Under the pieces are notes generated by a model. That model was not told where the DNA came from, ran no database searches, and saw nothing but the letters and a program-made list of their open reading frames with translations. From Deltaproteobacteria bacterium (lineage in GTDB: Bacteria; Desulfobacterota; Binatia; UBA12015): a stretch of 64,000 nucleotides of DNA. The stretch covers positions 15,393 to 79,392 of the forward strand of contig VGTG01000005.1 in NCBI GenBank assembly GCA_016874795.1, written 5' to 3'. The position numbers and the translations under genes are program-made. Positions 9,648-19,887 of this stretch are shown one piece after another (the stretch's first letter is position 1; the number at the start of each line of letters is the position of its first letter).

Positions 9648-10388
9648 TCATTCCAGCGCGGCGGTGACGCGCACCGTCGCGCGGATCTCGATCTCTCCCG
9701 CCTCGATCGGCGGTGCCGGCGCTGCTTCCGCGGCCGCCATCGCCATGTCCCGCCGGTAGAACGGCATCGGTGGCTGCTCGTGCGGCTGCTGCTCGATCTC
9801 GAGCAACGAGCCGATCCTTGCGCCCGCACCGGAAGCGGCCGCTTCCGCGCGGGAGCGGGCCTCCGCGACCGCCTGGCGCAGCGCCTCGCGCTCGAGCTCG
9901 TCGCGCTTCGTCACGTCGAAGCGGAGACCGCTGACGGAGGTGGCACCGGCCTCGGTTCCCTGGCCGATCACGTCGCCCACCTTCGTGATGTCGTCGACGC
10001 GCACCTCGACCTGGTTCTGCGCGAGAAAGCCGCGCGGGATACGACGTCCCTTCTCGTAGTCGAACTCCTCCGTCAGGGAGTAGGAGATCGTCCGGATCGC
10101 CTTCTCCCCGACCAGCGGGCCGACCTTCTGCAGGACCGCGTCCACGATCGTCGAGTTCTTCTGCTGCGCCTGGCGCGGATTCGGATCGCGCGACTCGACG
10201 GCGAGGAGGACGAAAGCCTGATCCGGCGCGGCGCGAAGCTCCGCTTCGCCGGTCACGATGACGCGGGGAGGCTTCCTTCCCTCGTGCGGCTCGGCACCCG
10301 CTTGCGAGACGCCGAAGACGACGCCGAAGACGACGACGAAGACGACGATGCTGACGACGAGCGACGACGCGAGGAGGATTCGCTTCAT
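9648..10388 (-). CDS. SIMPL (DUF541) periplasmic protein
   Basis: Signal peptide; VTGEAELRAAPD, ALRQAVAEARSRAE, GEIEIRATVRV. Confidence 0.9.
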   Translation of the reverse strand: MKRILLASSLVVSIVVFVVVFGVVFGVSQAGAEPHEGRKPPRVIVTGEAELRAAPDQAFVLLAVESRDPNPRQAQQKNSTIVDAVLQKVGPLVGEKAIRTISYSLTEEFDYEKGRRIPRGFLAQNQVEVRVDDITKVGDVIGQGTEAGATSVSGLRFDVTKRDELEREALRQAVAEARSRAEAAASGAGARIGSLLEIEQQPHEQPPMPFYRRDMAMAAAEAAPAPPIEAGEIEIRATVRVTAALE

Positions 10389-10417
10389 TCCTCCTCCCTA
10401 TCCCAGCCCGTTTGCTT

Positions 10418-11743
10418 CTACAAAAACCCCAAGGTCGTGAAGGGGCCGTTCGGGATGAGAGATGTGTGCGTTCCCGCCGTCGCGAGCCAATTGTCGATGA
10501 TCGTCGCGTAGACCTGCCGGAAGTCCGTGTGGTGGACGAGGTTTCCGACGGAGTTCGGAGCGGCGATGCTCGGGATCCCGCCGTAGATGCCGCCGTTCAC
10601 CGAGTCGCCCATCGCGAAGAGCACCGAGGCCTGACCGTGGTCCGTTCCGCCGCTGCCGTTCTCGGCGATGCGACGGCCGAACTCCGAGAAGGTGAGCGTC
10701 AGGACGCGCTCGGAGACGTTCTCGCCGGCCTCGACGTTGATCGACTGGAGGTCTGTGTAGAACGCGGTGAGACACTCGCTCACCTGCGTCAGCAGGCTGG
10801 CTTGACGCCCGGCGAGCGTGCCCTGGTTCGTGTGCGTATCGAAGCCGCCGAGGCGGACGTGGAAGTAGCGCGCGCCGACGGGCGAGCCGCTGACGGCGTC
10901 GTGGCGGATGATCGAGGCGGCCTCGGCGAGCCGCTGTGCGAGCTGCCCCGGCACGTCGTCGAGGGCCGCTCCCCAGTGCGTGTCGACCGCGTCGTACTCG
11001 TCCATCTTCGAGAGGAGAACCTCTCCCGAGATGCCGACGGAGTTCTGCAGACCGCTGGTCTGGCCGGGATCCGCTTCGACCGCGTACACCGCCTCGAGCG
11101 CGGCCTTCTTCGCCGCCGCGTCGGGGTAGAGCGGGTCGTCCGGAAGCGCGAACTGCGAAAGCGCTCGTACCGCGAGCACGTTGGCGCCCCCTCCGGAGAA
11201 GAACATCTTGCTCAGCGTGTCGTCGACGTCGACCGTCACGAGGTCCGTCGGGTCGTAGAAGTCGTCGAGGTAGCGTCCGAACCAGCCGTCCGAGAACGGC
11301 CCGAGCGGGTCGGCGCTGAACCAGATGTCCTCCGAGCGGAAGTGCGAGAGGCTCTGGCTCGGGTAGGCGACGCCGTTCAGGATCGCGACCTTGCCCGCGT
11401 CGTACAGGCCCTTCAGTCCGCCCATCGACGGATGGAGCGCGAGCGCGTTCCCCCACGTCGGGTCCGGATCGTCGAGCGTGGTCGCCGCGAGGTCCGCGAC
11501 GGAGATCTGCAGCGAAGGCCGCGCCGCTGCGTAGGCGGTGCGCTGCGCTCCGTCGACGGGAATGACCGTGTTCAGCCCGTCGTTCCCGCCCTCGAGCTGC
11601 ACGACGACGAGGATCGGATCGACGACGCCCGAGGCGCCCGCCTCGAGCGGCGCGAAGAGGGCGCGCTGCAGCGGTCCCGGCACGGCGAGCGTCGCGCCCG
11701 CCAGGGCGCCGTTCCGAAGGAAGCGTCTACGGCTGATCGTCAT
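10418..11743 (-). CDS. DUF1501 domain protein with Tat signal
   Basis: SRRRFLR; QLEGGNDGLNT, SHFRS, GGFDTH, SEFGRR, GTDHG, DFRQVYAT. Confidence 0.92.
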   Translation of the reverse strand: MTISRRRFLRNGALAGATLAVPGPLQRALFAPLEAGASGVVDPILVVVQLEGGNDGLNTVIPVDGAQRTAYAAARPSLQISVADLAATTLDDPDPTWGNALALHPSMGGLKGLYDAGKVAILNGVAYPSQSLSHFRSEDIWFSADPLGPFSDGWFGRYLDDFYDPTDLVTVDVDDTLSKMFFSGGGANVLAVRALSQFALPDDPLYPDAAAKKAALEAVYAVEADPGQTSGLQNSVGISGEVLLSKMDEYDAVDTHWGAALDDVPGQLAQRLAEAASIIRHDAVSGSPVGARYFHVRLGGFDTHTNQGTLAGRQASLLTQVSECLTAFYTDLQSINVEAGENVSERVLTLTFSEFGRRIAENGSGGTDHGQASVLFAMGDSVNGGIYGGIPSIAAPNSVGNLVHHTDFRQVYATIIDNWLATAGTHTSLIPNGPFTTLGFL

Positions 11744-11754
11744 CGCTTCCCCCT

Positions 11755-13146
11755 TCAGTGGATGCTGGCTTCGGGAATCTGGAGCGCCAGCGCCACCGCG
11801 CCGCGCACCTTCTTCTCGAGCACTTCTTCGTCTTCGAAGTCGTTCATGCCTTCGAAGTAGTCGATCAGCGCTTGACGGGTTCCCGACGGCGTCTTCGCCG
11901 CGATGCCGAGGCGCGCGAGGATCTCGTCCACGACCTCGTCCTCGCCGACGGCCCCCTTCGGGATCAGCTTCTCCGGTTTCAGCTTGACGTCGGTCGCGGA
12001 GCGGCCGGCGCCGACGGCCTGCGCGGCGTCGAAGCGCGCGACGAGCTGGCCGGACGAGAGCCACGAGGGGCCGCTGCTCCAGCCGTTGACGCTCGGCGGC
12101 TCGAAGAGCTCCATGCCCATGTCTTCGAGCTTGTCCGGCGTCAGCACGTGGCTCGACTGCGCGTCGAGGGCGCGCATCGCGGAGAAGAGGAATTCGCACG
12201 GGTTCTTGACCGAGCTCGTCTTGGCCGTCGCGGAGTAGAACTCGTCGTGCGTGAAGAGGGAGCGAAGCAGGTCCCGGACGACGTAGCCGTTCGCGCGGAA
12301 GTCCGTGGTGATCTCGTCGATCAGGGCGGCGTCGGGGTTCGGGTACGCGAAGTACTCCCAGAGCTTCTTCCCGAGGAACCGCGGCATCGTGAGGTTTCCG
12401 GCGGAGTCGGTGTGAGTGAAGAGGATGTCGATCGCGTTCTGCGCGGGCGGCAGGAGGTTCCCCGCGCCGTCCTCGACCCCGATCGGCCCGGTCGCCTGGA
12501 ACGGCTTTCCGGCGAAGAGCGTCTTCGAGCCGGAGTCCCAGCGAGCCAAATTGAAGAAGCCGACGTCGTTCGCGTCGTACTGGAAGCCGGTGAGCGCGCG
12601 CGTGAGCTCCGTCACGTCGGTCTGCGTGTAGTTCTCCTCGGTCTCGTCGAAGCTGAACACGCCGAGCACGAAGAGCTCCATCAGCTCGCGCGCGAAATTC
12701 TCGTTGAGCGCGTTCTTCCGGTTCTGGCGGCCGTCGAGCATCTCGAGCATCGCCGGGTCGCGCGTCACCTCCCACACGAGCGTGCGGAGCGGGCCGAGGC
12801 CGTGCTCGCGGAAAGTGCGGTTCTGGTACGACATCCGGCGCACGCTCTTCGCGACGCTGAACTGCGTCGCGAAGTGATCGTGCCAGAAGAGGACCATCTT
12901 CTCCTGCAGACGCCGCGCGTTCTGCGTCGCCATCCGCTTCGCCCACCAGGTCGAGAGCTTCTTCAGCTCGGACCGCTCGTTCGTCGGGGCGGACGGCCCC
13001 TTCGCGCTGGTCGGCTTCTGCGACACCAGGATCTCGACCGAGAGGCCGACCCCGCGGCGCAGGAATCCCTTGATGTCGTTCGGCTTCGCGCCGAAGCCCG
13101 CGCGATTCAGCAGGTGAACGACGTTCTCTTCACTCCAGACGACCAT
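11755..13146 (-). CDS. DUF1800 domain protein
   Basis: HLLNRAGFG, EKMVLFWHDHFAT, NENFARELMELF, PPSVNGW. Confidence 0.92.
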   Translation of the reverse strand: MVVWSEENVVHLLNRAGFGAKPNDIKGFLRRGVGLSVEILVSQKPTSAKGPSAPTNERSELKKLSTWWAKRMATQNARRLQEKMVLFWHDHFATQFSVAKSVRRMSYQNRTFREHGLGPLRTLVWEVTRDPAMLEMLDGRQNRKNALNENFARELMELFVLGVFSFDETEENYTQTDVTELTRALTGFQYDANDVGFFNLARWDSGSKTLFAGKPFQATGPIGVEDGAGNLLPPAQNAIDILFTHTDSAGNLTMPRFLGKKLWEYFAYPNPDAALIDEITTDFRANGYVVRDLLRSLFTHDEFYSATAKTSSVKNPCEFLFSAMRALDAQSSHVLTPDKLEDMGMELFEPPSVNGWSSGPSWLSSGQLVARFDAAQAVGAGRSATDVKLKPEKLIPKGAVGEDEVVDEILARLGIAAKTPSGTRQALIDYFEGMNDFEDEEVLEKKVRGAVALALQIPEASIH

Positions 13147-13218
13147 CCGACTCCCCTCCGGCGCTTGGATGCGCGGAGAGGATGCACGGTGAACCGCCCT
13201 CCGGGCAATGGGCGGATT

Positions 13219-14535
13219 TCAGGAGATGCGCGCGGCGGGCATCGGCGGACAGGCCGAGCCGATGCCCGTACCGTCCTGCGGACAGGCGCTGCCGATGCGG
13301 CGCAGCACCTCGAAGAGGAAGTAGATCTCGGGGTAGATCAGCGGCTTCCCGTTGGTCAGGATCGCCACGGAGACGTCGCGGTCCGGGTCCGCCCAGCCGA
13401 ACACGTTCGTCAGGCCGAGATGGCCGAACGCATGGCGCGTGAACGGCCCGTAGAGGCTGAACCACTCCGCGCCGAGCATGAAGCCCGAGCCGTAGCGAAA
13501 CGGCAGGACGAGGGTCATGTCGGGCTCGAGGTACGATTGCTCCGCCGTCGCGCGAACGACCGTGCGGCGATCGAAGACGCGCACGCCGTCGAGCGTGCCG
13601 CCGACGCGCAGCACCTCGAAGAAGCGGCACAGCTCCTCCGCGTTCGAGACGACGTTCCCCGACGGGAAGATGCTCGTCAGGAAGCGCGAGTCGTTGAGGA
13701 TCTCGACGGCGCGCTCGTAGTCGATGCCGAGCGCGCGCCGCATCAGCATCGATACCGGCCAGAACGGCGCCGGACCCGTGAAGACGTTCGTGGCGACGCG
13801 CCCGAGATCCTCGTGCCGCACGCCGTAGCTCATCCAGCGGAGCCCGAGGGGCTTCCGCAGCACCTCGTCGAGATACGCGCGGATGTCCTTCCCCGTCACG
13901 CGGCGCACGACCTCGCCGAGGAGGAAGCCCGTGGTCACCGCGTGGTAGGCGAGGCGCGTACCGGGACGCCACAGCGGCTCCTGCTCGCAGAGGAGCTCGA
14001 CGATCCGATCGGGATCGCCGAGGAGCGCCGGGTCCATCGTGTCCGGCGGCGGGTTCGGAACGCCGGCGCGGTGATTCAGCACGTGACGGAGGCTGATCGC
14101 CTCCTTCCCGCGGCAGCCGAACTCCGGGATGTACTCGCAAACCGGATCGTCGAGCCGGACCTGATCCGTCTCGTCGAGATGATGAAGGAGCATCGCGGTG
14201 ACGGCCTTCGAAGCGGAAGCGACGCAGAAGGGCGTGTCCGGCGTCGCGAGGACCTTCTCCGATCCGGGCGGATCGCTCGGGCCGTTGCCTCGCGCGTAGC
14301 CGATCGAGCGCTCGAGGAGGATGCGGCCCCGGCGCCGCACGCAGATGCTGATCGCCGGGTGGATGCCGGCTTGATACAGGCGCTCGACCGCGCGCCAGAT
14401 CCACTTGACGGCCCGCGTTTCGACGCCGACCGAGGGCGGATAGACCTCCGCACCCGGGCGCATGGTGGTGACCGCTTCGAGATCCTCCGGAACCGGGCAG
14501 GTCGCGTACAGGTGGCCGAGGAGCGGCTGGTTCAC
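13219..14535 (-). CDS. Serine hydrolase, beta-lactamase/esterase family (mycobacterial Lip-like)
   Basis: SxxK (SASK), HRAG, YHA, FGHLG motifs; GTG start approximate. Confidence 0.85.
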   Translation of the reverse strand: MNQPLLGHLYATCPVPEDLEAVTTMRPGAEVYPPSVGVETRAVKWIWRAVERLYQAGIHPAISICVRRRGRILLERSIGYARGNGPSDPPGSEKVLATPDTPFCVASASKAVTAMLLHHLDETDQVRLDDPVCEYIPEFGCRGKEAISLRHVLNHRAGVPNPPPDTMDPALLGDPDRIVELLCEQEPLWRPGTRLAYHAVTTGFLLGEVVRRVTGKDIRAYLDEVLRKPLGLRWMSYGVRHEDLGRVATNVFTGPAPFWPVSMLMRRALGIDYERAVEILNDSRFLTSIFPSGNVVSNAEELCRFFEVLRVGGTLDGVRVFDRRTVVRATAEQSYLEPDMTLVLPFRYGSGFMLGAEWFSLYGPFTRHAFGHLGLTNVFGWADPDRDVSVAILTNGKPLIYPEIYFLFEVLRRIGSACPQDGTGIGSACPPMPAARIS

Positions 14536-14625
14536 GTCCGAGGAGGTAGCTCTCGGCCGTTCCGGCCGCACGGCGTCCGCACGGCGCCGAGCGAACGACG
14601 CCTCGCGCCGTGGTACGGAGGATTC

Positions 14626-16260
14626 ATGGGCCACCCCTACTTCGCGAGCCGGCGCGCCGCCGGCGGACCGGGCACGAGCGGGCGCTCGGCGGTCCTCGCG
14701 CGCCGCGGCATCGTCTGCACGAGCCAGCCCCTCGCCTCCCAGGCGGGGCTCGCGGTGCTTCGCGACGGGGGTAACGCGTTCGATGCCGCGATCACCGCGG
14801 TCGCCGTGCAATGCGTCGTCGAGCCGTACAACACCGGGGTCGGCGGCGACTGCTTCGCGATCGTCTGGCCGGCGCGCGAAGGACGGCTCCGTGCCCTGAA
14901 CGGCAGCGGGCGCGCGCCGGCGGAGATCGACATCGCGGCGCTGCGCGCGCAGGGCGACGAGATGCCGTGGTTCGGCGCCGCGACGATCACGGTACCGGGC
15001 GCCGTCGACGCCTGGCACGAGCTTCTCTCGCGTTACGGCACACGGTCGCTTCGCGAGCTCCTCGCCCCCGCGATCGCGTACGCCGAGGACGGCTTCGCGG
15101 TGAGCGAGATCGTCTCGAACGAGTGGGATCTCGTCGTACGCTTCGGGCTCCTCCGGAACGACGACGCGCGCCGGTGCTTCGCGCCGGACGGCGCGGGCCC
15201 GCGGCCGGGGCGAATCGTTCGTCTGCCCGAGCTCGCGCGCTCGCTGCGTCTCCTCGCCGAGGGCGGCCGCGACGCGTTCTACGGTGGAGAGCTCGCGGAG
15301 CGCCTCGTCGCAGCACTTCGCAACGAAGGGTGTGCGCTCTCGCTCGCGGACCTCGCGGAGCATCGCTCGACCTGGGTCGAACCGATCGGGATCGACTACC
15401 GCGGCTACCGTCTCTGTGAGGTTCCGCCGAACACGCAGGGCATCACGGCATTGATTGCGCTCGGAATCCTGCAGCACCACGATCTCGGAGCCCTGCGGGG
15501 CGGCTCGGCGGAGGCGCTGCACCTCGTGATCGAGGCGGTCAAGCTCGCGCTCGCGGATCGCGCGGCGCACGTTGCGGATGCGGAGCACATGCGCGTCCCC
15601 GTCGAGGCCTTGCTCGACGCTTCGTCTCTGCGGCGACGCGCCGCGGAGATCGACCTTTCGCGCGCGAGCGAGGAGCCGCGCGCGCTCGCCGGAGGAAGCG
15701 ACACCGTGACGCTCGTCGCGGCCGACGCGGAAGGAAACGTCGTCACGCTGATCAACAGCCTCTACGGTGCCTTCGGCTCCGGGCTCGTCGCGGGCGACAC
15801 GGGGATCGCACTGCAGAACCGCGGACGCGGCTTCGTTCTCGATCCGGCGCACCCGAACTGCATCGCGCCGCGCAAGCGGCCGTTCCACACGCTGTGTCCC
15901 GCGATGCTCCTCGCGAACGGCCGTCCCGCCGTGGCGCTCGGCGTGATGGGTGGCGACGTGCAGGCGCAAGCGCACGTGCAGGTCGTGACGAGCCTCGTCG
16001 ACCACGGCCGGAACGTGCAGGAGGCGCTCGACGCGACGCGCTTCCACGCGCTCGGCGGTGCTCACGTCGCGTTCGAGGAGGACCTTCCCGTGGAGGCGCG
16101 CGAAGCGCTCGCGCTCCGCGGACACCGGATCGAGGACCCGCTCGCCGCGCTCGCGCGCGGCGGGTTCGGCGGCGGACAGGCGATCGCGATCGACGCGGAG
16201 AGCGGTGTCCTCTGGGGCGGCTCGGACCGGCGGAAGGACGGCGCCGCGGCCGGATTCTGA
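14626..16260 (+). CDS. ggt: Gamma-glutamyltransferase (cytoplasmic)
   Basis: GGNAFDAA, GVGGDCF, TVPGAV, D-T autoprocessing site (SDTVT), PRKRPFHT, GVMGG, SDRRKDG. Confidence 0.92.
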   Translation: MGHPYFASRRAAGGPGTSGRSAVLARRGIVCTSQPLASQAGLAVLRDGGNAFDAAITAVAVQCVVEPYNTGVGGDCFAIVWPAREGRLRALNGSGRAPAEIDIAALRAQGDEMPWFGAATITVPGAVDAWHELLSRYGTRSLRELLAPAIAYAEDGFAVSEIVSNEWDLVVRFGLLRNDDARRCFAPDGAGPRPGRIVRLPELARSLRLLAEGGRDAFYGGELAERLVAALRNEGCALSLADLAEHRSTWVEPIGIDYRGYRLCEVPPNTQGITALIALGILQHHDLGALRGGSAEALHLVIEAVKLALADRAAHVADAEHMRVPVEALLDASSLRRRAAEIDLSRASEEPRALAGGSDTVTLVAADAEGNVVTLINSLYGAFGSGLVAGDTGIALQNRGRGFVLDPAHPNCIAPRKRPFHTLCPAMLLANGRPAVALGVMGGDVQAQAHVQVVTSLVDHGRNVQEALDATRFHALGGAHVAFEEDLPVEAREALALRGHRIEDPLAALARGGFGGGQAIAIDAESGVLWGGSDRRKDGAAAGF

Positions 16261-16297
16261 CCGGCGCCACTCGAGGAAGGCGACTCTCGGGTCGACG

Positions 16298-17626
16298 ATG
16301 CACGTACGGATCGAAGATCGGAATCCCGACGGACGCGGGCGTGGCCGCGCCGCGAAGCGCGTCGTCCTCGTCTCGCAGGCGCATCCCGGCGAGGAGGTCA
16401 CGGTGCGGACGGACCTCGTCACCCGCGGCACCGTCCAGGGGCGCGTCGCGAAGCTGCTCGAGCGCGATCCCGCGCGGATCGAGCACGAGTGCCAGCACGA
16501 GTTCCATTGCACCGGCTGTCCGCTGCTCGCCGCTTCGGAAGAGGACGAGGCGGCGTTCAAGACCGCTCGCCTCGCGCACGCGCTCGAGAGCCTGCGCGGC
16601 TACACGTTGCCGGCGCCCGAGCCGCTCCTCCGGCCCGGACCGCTCTTCGGCTATCGCCATCTCGCGAAGCAGAGCTTCGGGGAGCGCGAAGGGCACGCGG
16701 TCCTCGGCTCGTACGTCGCCGGCACCCATCGCGTCACCGACAACGCCGGCTGCCCGGTCCTGGCGCCGCCCTTGCGCGACCTGATGGACCTCGTCGCGCG
16801 GCTCGCGGACGAGAGCGGTCTGCCGCTCGACGCACCGAACGGGCGATCGGGCTTGCGGCACGCCGTCGCACGTCTCAGCCGGAGCTCCGGCCGGATGCTG
16901 CTCTTGATCGGAACGACCGAGGATCCGCCGCTGGGAGCGAGCGCGCTCGCGGGGCTTCTGCGGCGCGAGTGTCCCGACCTCGTCGGCGTGCACGTCCTCG
17001 TGCAATCCGGGCGCGGGAACGCGCTTCTCGCCGGCGACGTGCGCTGGAGCGACGGGGCGAGCTTCGTCGAGGACGCGATCCTCGGCTTCACGCACCGGAT
17101 CGGCCCGCGCTCGTTCTTCCAGATCCATCCCGCGGCCGCCGAGGTGATGTTCGCGACCGCAGTGGCCGCGGCGGGCGAGGGCGAGCGCTGCCTCGAAGTG
17201 TTCGCGGGCGTTGGAGCGCTGACGCTGCCGCTCGCGAGCTGCTTCCGCGAGGTGGTCGCGATCGAGTCCTCGACGGAGGCTTCGGTGAGCCTCCGCGAAG
17301 CCGCGGCGCGAGTCTCGAGGACGAGCGGTCGCGTCCAGGTCCGCGAGGGGCGCGCGGAGGTGCTCGTCCCCGAGGCGCTGCGCGTGTCCACTCCCGACGT
17401 CGTCGTCCTCGACCCGCCGCGTGCGGGCGCTTCGCCGGCGGTGATGGAGCCGATCGCCGCTTCCGGCGCGCGGCGCTGCATCCTGATCTCGTGCGATCCG
17501 GACGCGCTCGCACGTGACCTCGCGCCGCTCCTGCGGAGCGACTGGGTGGTCGAGCGGATCGTGCCGGTCGACCAGTTTCCGCGCACGGCGCACCTCGAGA
17601 CGATCGCGGTCGCTTCCCGGCGGTGA
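16298..17626 (+). CDS. rlmD: RNA (uracil-C5)-methyltransferase, RlmD/TrmA family
   Basis: TRAM-like N-terminus, CxHxxxCxGC Fe-S motif, SFFQ, FAGVG, DPPRAG, ISCDP, DQFPRTAHLE. Confidence 0.8.
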   Translation: MHVRIEDRNPDGRGRGRAAKRVVLVSQAHPGEEVTVRTDLVTRGTVQGRVAKLLERDPARIEHECQHEFHCTGCPLLAASEEDEAAFKTARLAHALESLRGYTLPAPEPLLRPGPLFGYRHLAKQSFGEREGHAVLGSYVAGTHRVTDNAGCPVLAPPLRDLMDLVARLADESGLPLDAPNGRSGLRHAVARLSRSSGRMLLLIGTTEDPPLGASALAGLLRRECPDLVGVHVLVQSGRGNALLAGDVRWSDGASFVEDAILGFTHRIGPRSFFQIHPAAAEVMFATAVAAAGEGERCLEVFAGVGALTLPLASCFREVVAIESSTEASVSLREAAARVSRTSGRVQVREGRAEVLVPEALRVSTPDVVVLDPPRAGASPAVMEPIAASGARRCILISCDPDALARDLAPLLRSDWVVERIVPVDQFPRTAHLETIAVASRR

Positions 17627-17812
17627 GATGCGGGCACCGCGCGCGAGCCGTCGCACCGTTTGCGCCGCTGCCCGTCGATCTGCGACACCGGCTCCGGACG
17701 CCGATGCCGTCGTCGCCCCGTCAGAGCCTCCCGAAGCCGATCCGCTTCGTGCGCAATCATGCGCGCCTGTTCGGCTCGATCGCCGTCGGGATCGTAGGGA
17801 CACGGGCGGGCG

Positions 17813-18835
17813 TCACTCACCGCCCATGCGGTGCGGCTGCCACTGGAGGCCGAGAGCGAGGATGCGCTCGAGGAGCCGGGAGTACGACATCTTCGCCCGC
17901 TTGGCGGACTGCGCGAAGTCCTCTTCCTCGGCGAGCTGCGGGTTCGCGTTCGCCTCGATGACGTACGCCTTGCCGTTCGCGTCGAGACGGAAGTCGATGC
18001 GCGCGTAGCCGCAGAGGTCGAGCGCGCGGTACGCCCGCTTCGCCAGGTGCTGGATCTTCGGGGCGAGGCCTTCCGGAAGCTCTGCCTCGGCGGTATCGAT
18101 GCCGTGACGCTTCTGATACTTGACGTTCCACTTCACGCGTTCCGTCGCGATGTGCCAGTGATCGTCGGACATCTTCGCGAACGTCATCTCCCAGACGGGA
18201 AAGACGCGGAGCCGGTGGTTCCCCATCACGCCGACGTAGATCTCGCGCCCGTCGATGAACTGCTCGATGATCGCGGGCGTCAGAATCGTGTCGTGGATGT
18301 ACTTCACGCGCTTCTGGAGCTGCTCCTCGTTCGCGACGACGGAAGCCTGCGAGATACCGATCGAGGATTCGAACGTCAGCGACTTCACGATCAGGGGAAA
18401 GCTGAGCTTCCGCGGCAACACGGGCTTCCGGTTGAGAGGAGCCACCGTGAAATCGGGCGACGGGATGCGGTGGTACGCGAGGAGCTTCCGCGCGAGGGCC
18501 TTGTCGCGCGACAGCGTCAGGCCGCGCGGATTGCAGCCCGTGTACGGGATCCGCAGCAGCTCGAGGTAGCTGACGACGTTCTGGTCGAACACGCCGACGT
18601 CGGCGAACGCCTCCATCAGGTTGAACACGATCGTCGGCTTGAACTCGTCGATCGCCGAGCGGATCGGCGTCAGGTCGTCGTGGACGCCGATGACGCGAAG
18701 CTCGTGCCCGCGCCGGCGGAGCGTCGTGACGACGTCCCACTCCATCCGCCACTCGGGGGCGACGTCCGCCTGCGCGACGTCCTCCTTCGGGACGAGGTCC
18801 TCGTGGACGAGAACGAGGACGCGATACTTCCTCAC
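17813..18835 (-). CDS. ATP-grasp ligase, D-Ala-D-Ala-ligase-like
   Basis: VFNLME, IPYTG, DKALA, IVKS..ESSIGI, EQFIDGRE, GYARIDFR, IEANANP; lacks the Ddl N-terminal GG-S-E motif. Confidence 0.85.
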   Translation of the reverse strand: MRKYRVLVLVHEDLVPKEDVAQADVAPEWRMEWDVVTTLRRRGHELRVIGVHDDLTPIRSAIDEFKPTIVFNLMEAFADVGVFDQNVVSYLELLRIPYTGCNPRGLTLSRDKALARKLLAYHRIPSPDFTVAPLNRKPVLPRKLSFPLIVKSLTFESSIGISQASVVANEEQLQKRVKYIHDTILTPAIIEQFIDGREIYVGVMGNHRLRVFPVWEMTFAKMSDDHWHIATERVKWNVKYQKRHGIDTAEAELPEGLAPKIQHLAKRAYRALDLCGYARIDFRLDANGKAYVIEANANPQLAEEEDFAQSAKRAKMSYSRLLERILALGLQWQPHRMGGE

Positions 18836-19887
18836 AGCGCCACCCGGTGCCGTCCGCTGTGCAGGTAGTTCATGGTCTGTACGGTGAGGAGAACGGTGAA
18901 CTCCTGGCGGGCCTGCTCCTCGGGCACGGCGAGGCGGAGCTTCAGCTCGCGGCAGCGCGAGATCATGTCCTCGAGCACGCGGTCGATCGTGTACTGGTAG
19001 ATCCCGGTCCAGCTCGCGACGACGCGGCGCACGGACCGGCGGATCTTGCCGAGGAACTGCGCCGCCGTCATGCTGCTCGCATACTCGGGCCCGTCCGAGA
19101 AGATGCGCCGGAGCTCGCGGTCGTAGAACTTCGGATGGTCGACGCCGTGCAGGCGACGCTTCCGGCGATAATGGCGGCGGAGCGTGTAACGGAGCTTCCG
19201 GAGCGGATCGACCTCCTCGGCGCTCATCACGAGCGGCTTCTTGCCGCGCAGCCCGCGCATGACGCTGTCGACCCACTCGAGCTTCGCGAGCGCCGGCCAT
19301 CCGGCGTAGCGCCGTCGCCAGTTCGCGTCGGGAGTCAGCCACACGGCGAACGTCTCGGCGAAATCCTCGTCGGGATGGCTCTGCGCGTACCAGGGATCGA
19401 TGTGCTGGACGAACGTCTTGCTGTACGGCTTCGGGTCGTAGAACTCGGGGTAGGGCTCGGAGGAGCTGCCGAAGAGCGGCTTCCGGCTGCGGCGAAGGCG
19501 CAGCTTGTACGCGTTGTCGATCGCGTGTCCCGCCTCGTGGCGGAGGATGCGCATGCACCAGTCGTGTTCGCCGCCTTCGACCTCGAGCATCTGCGCCTTC
19601 TCGAGGCGCTCGAGCCGTGGATGCGCGAGATAGAACGGCACCGCCATCGACGACGTGTCGTCCGGAGTGAACCACTCGTCGGAGAGATAGAAGTGGATCG
19701 GGAAGCGGAGCTCGCGCTCCTCGAGCTCCTTGCAGAGCGCGGAGATGCGGCCTTCGACGGCGGTTCCAGCGAGCGAAAGCGGTAGATCGGAGAGACGCAG
19801 GTCGAGGAGCTCCTCGTCGGGAAGCTCCGTCCAGTTGGCCGGTACGGCCCCGGCTATCCGAGGAGCTGGATCGCCCACCAGGCCCAC
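18832..19887 (-). CDS. Putative zinc-binding metallopeptidase
   Basis: LRHEAGHA (HExxH) and YAQSHPDEDFAETF motifs; 4-bp overlap with the ATP-grasp gene. Confidence 0.85.
   Translation of the reverse strand: MGLVGDPAPRIAGAVPANWTELPDEELLDLRLSDLPLSLAGTAVEGRISALCKELEERELRFPIHFYLSDEWFTPDDTSSMAVPFYLAHPRLERLEKAQMLEVEGGEHDWCMRILRHEAGHAIDNAYKLRLRRSRKPLFGSSSEPYPEFYDPKPYSKTFVQHIDPWYAQSHPDEDFAETFAVWLTPDANWRRRYAGWPALAKLEWVDSVMRGLRGKKPLVMSAEEVDPLRKLRYTLRRHYRRKRRLHGVDHPKFYDRELRRIFSDGPEYASSMTAAQFLGKIRRSVRRVVASWTGIYQYTIDRVLEDMISRCRELKLRLAVPEEQARQEFTVLLTVQTMNYLHSGRHRVAL

Noticed and set aside
11758..14625. 1500-aa + strand ORF (11758-16260)
   Set aside because: Only the last 544 aa (GGT) are real; the rest is an antisense shadow of DUF1800 and the serine hydrolase, typical of high GC
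17704..17800. Possible DUF1345-like N-terminal remnant (IRFVRNHARLFGSIAVGIV)
   Set aside because: Too short to call as a feature by eye; only listed tentatively among the remnants
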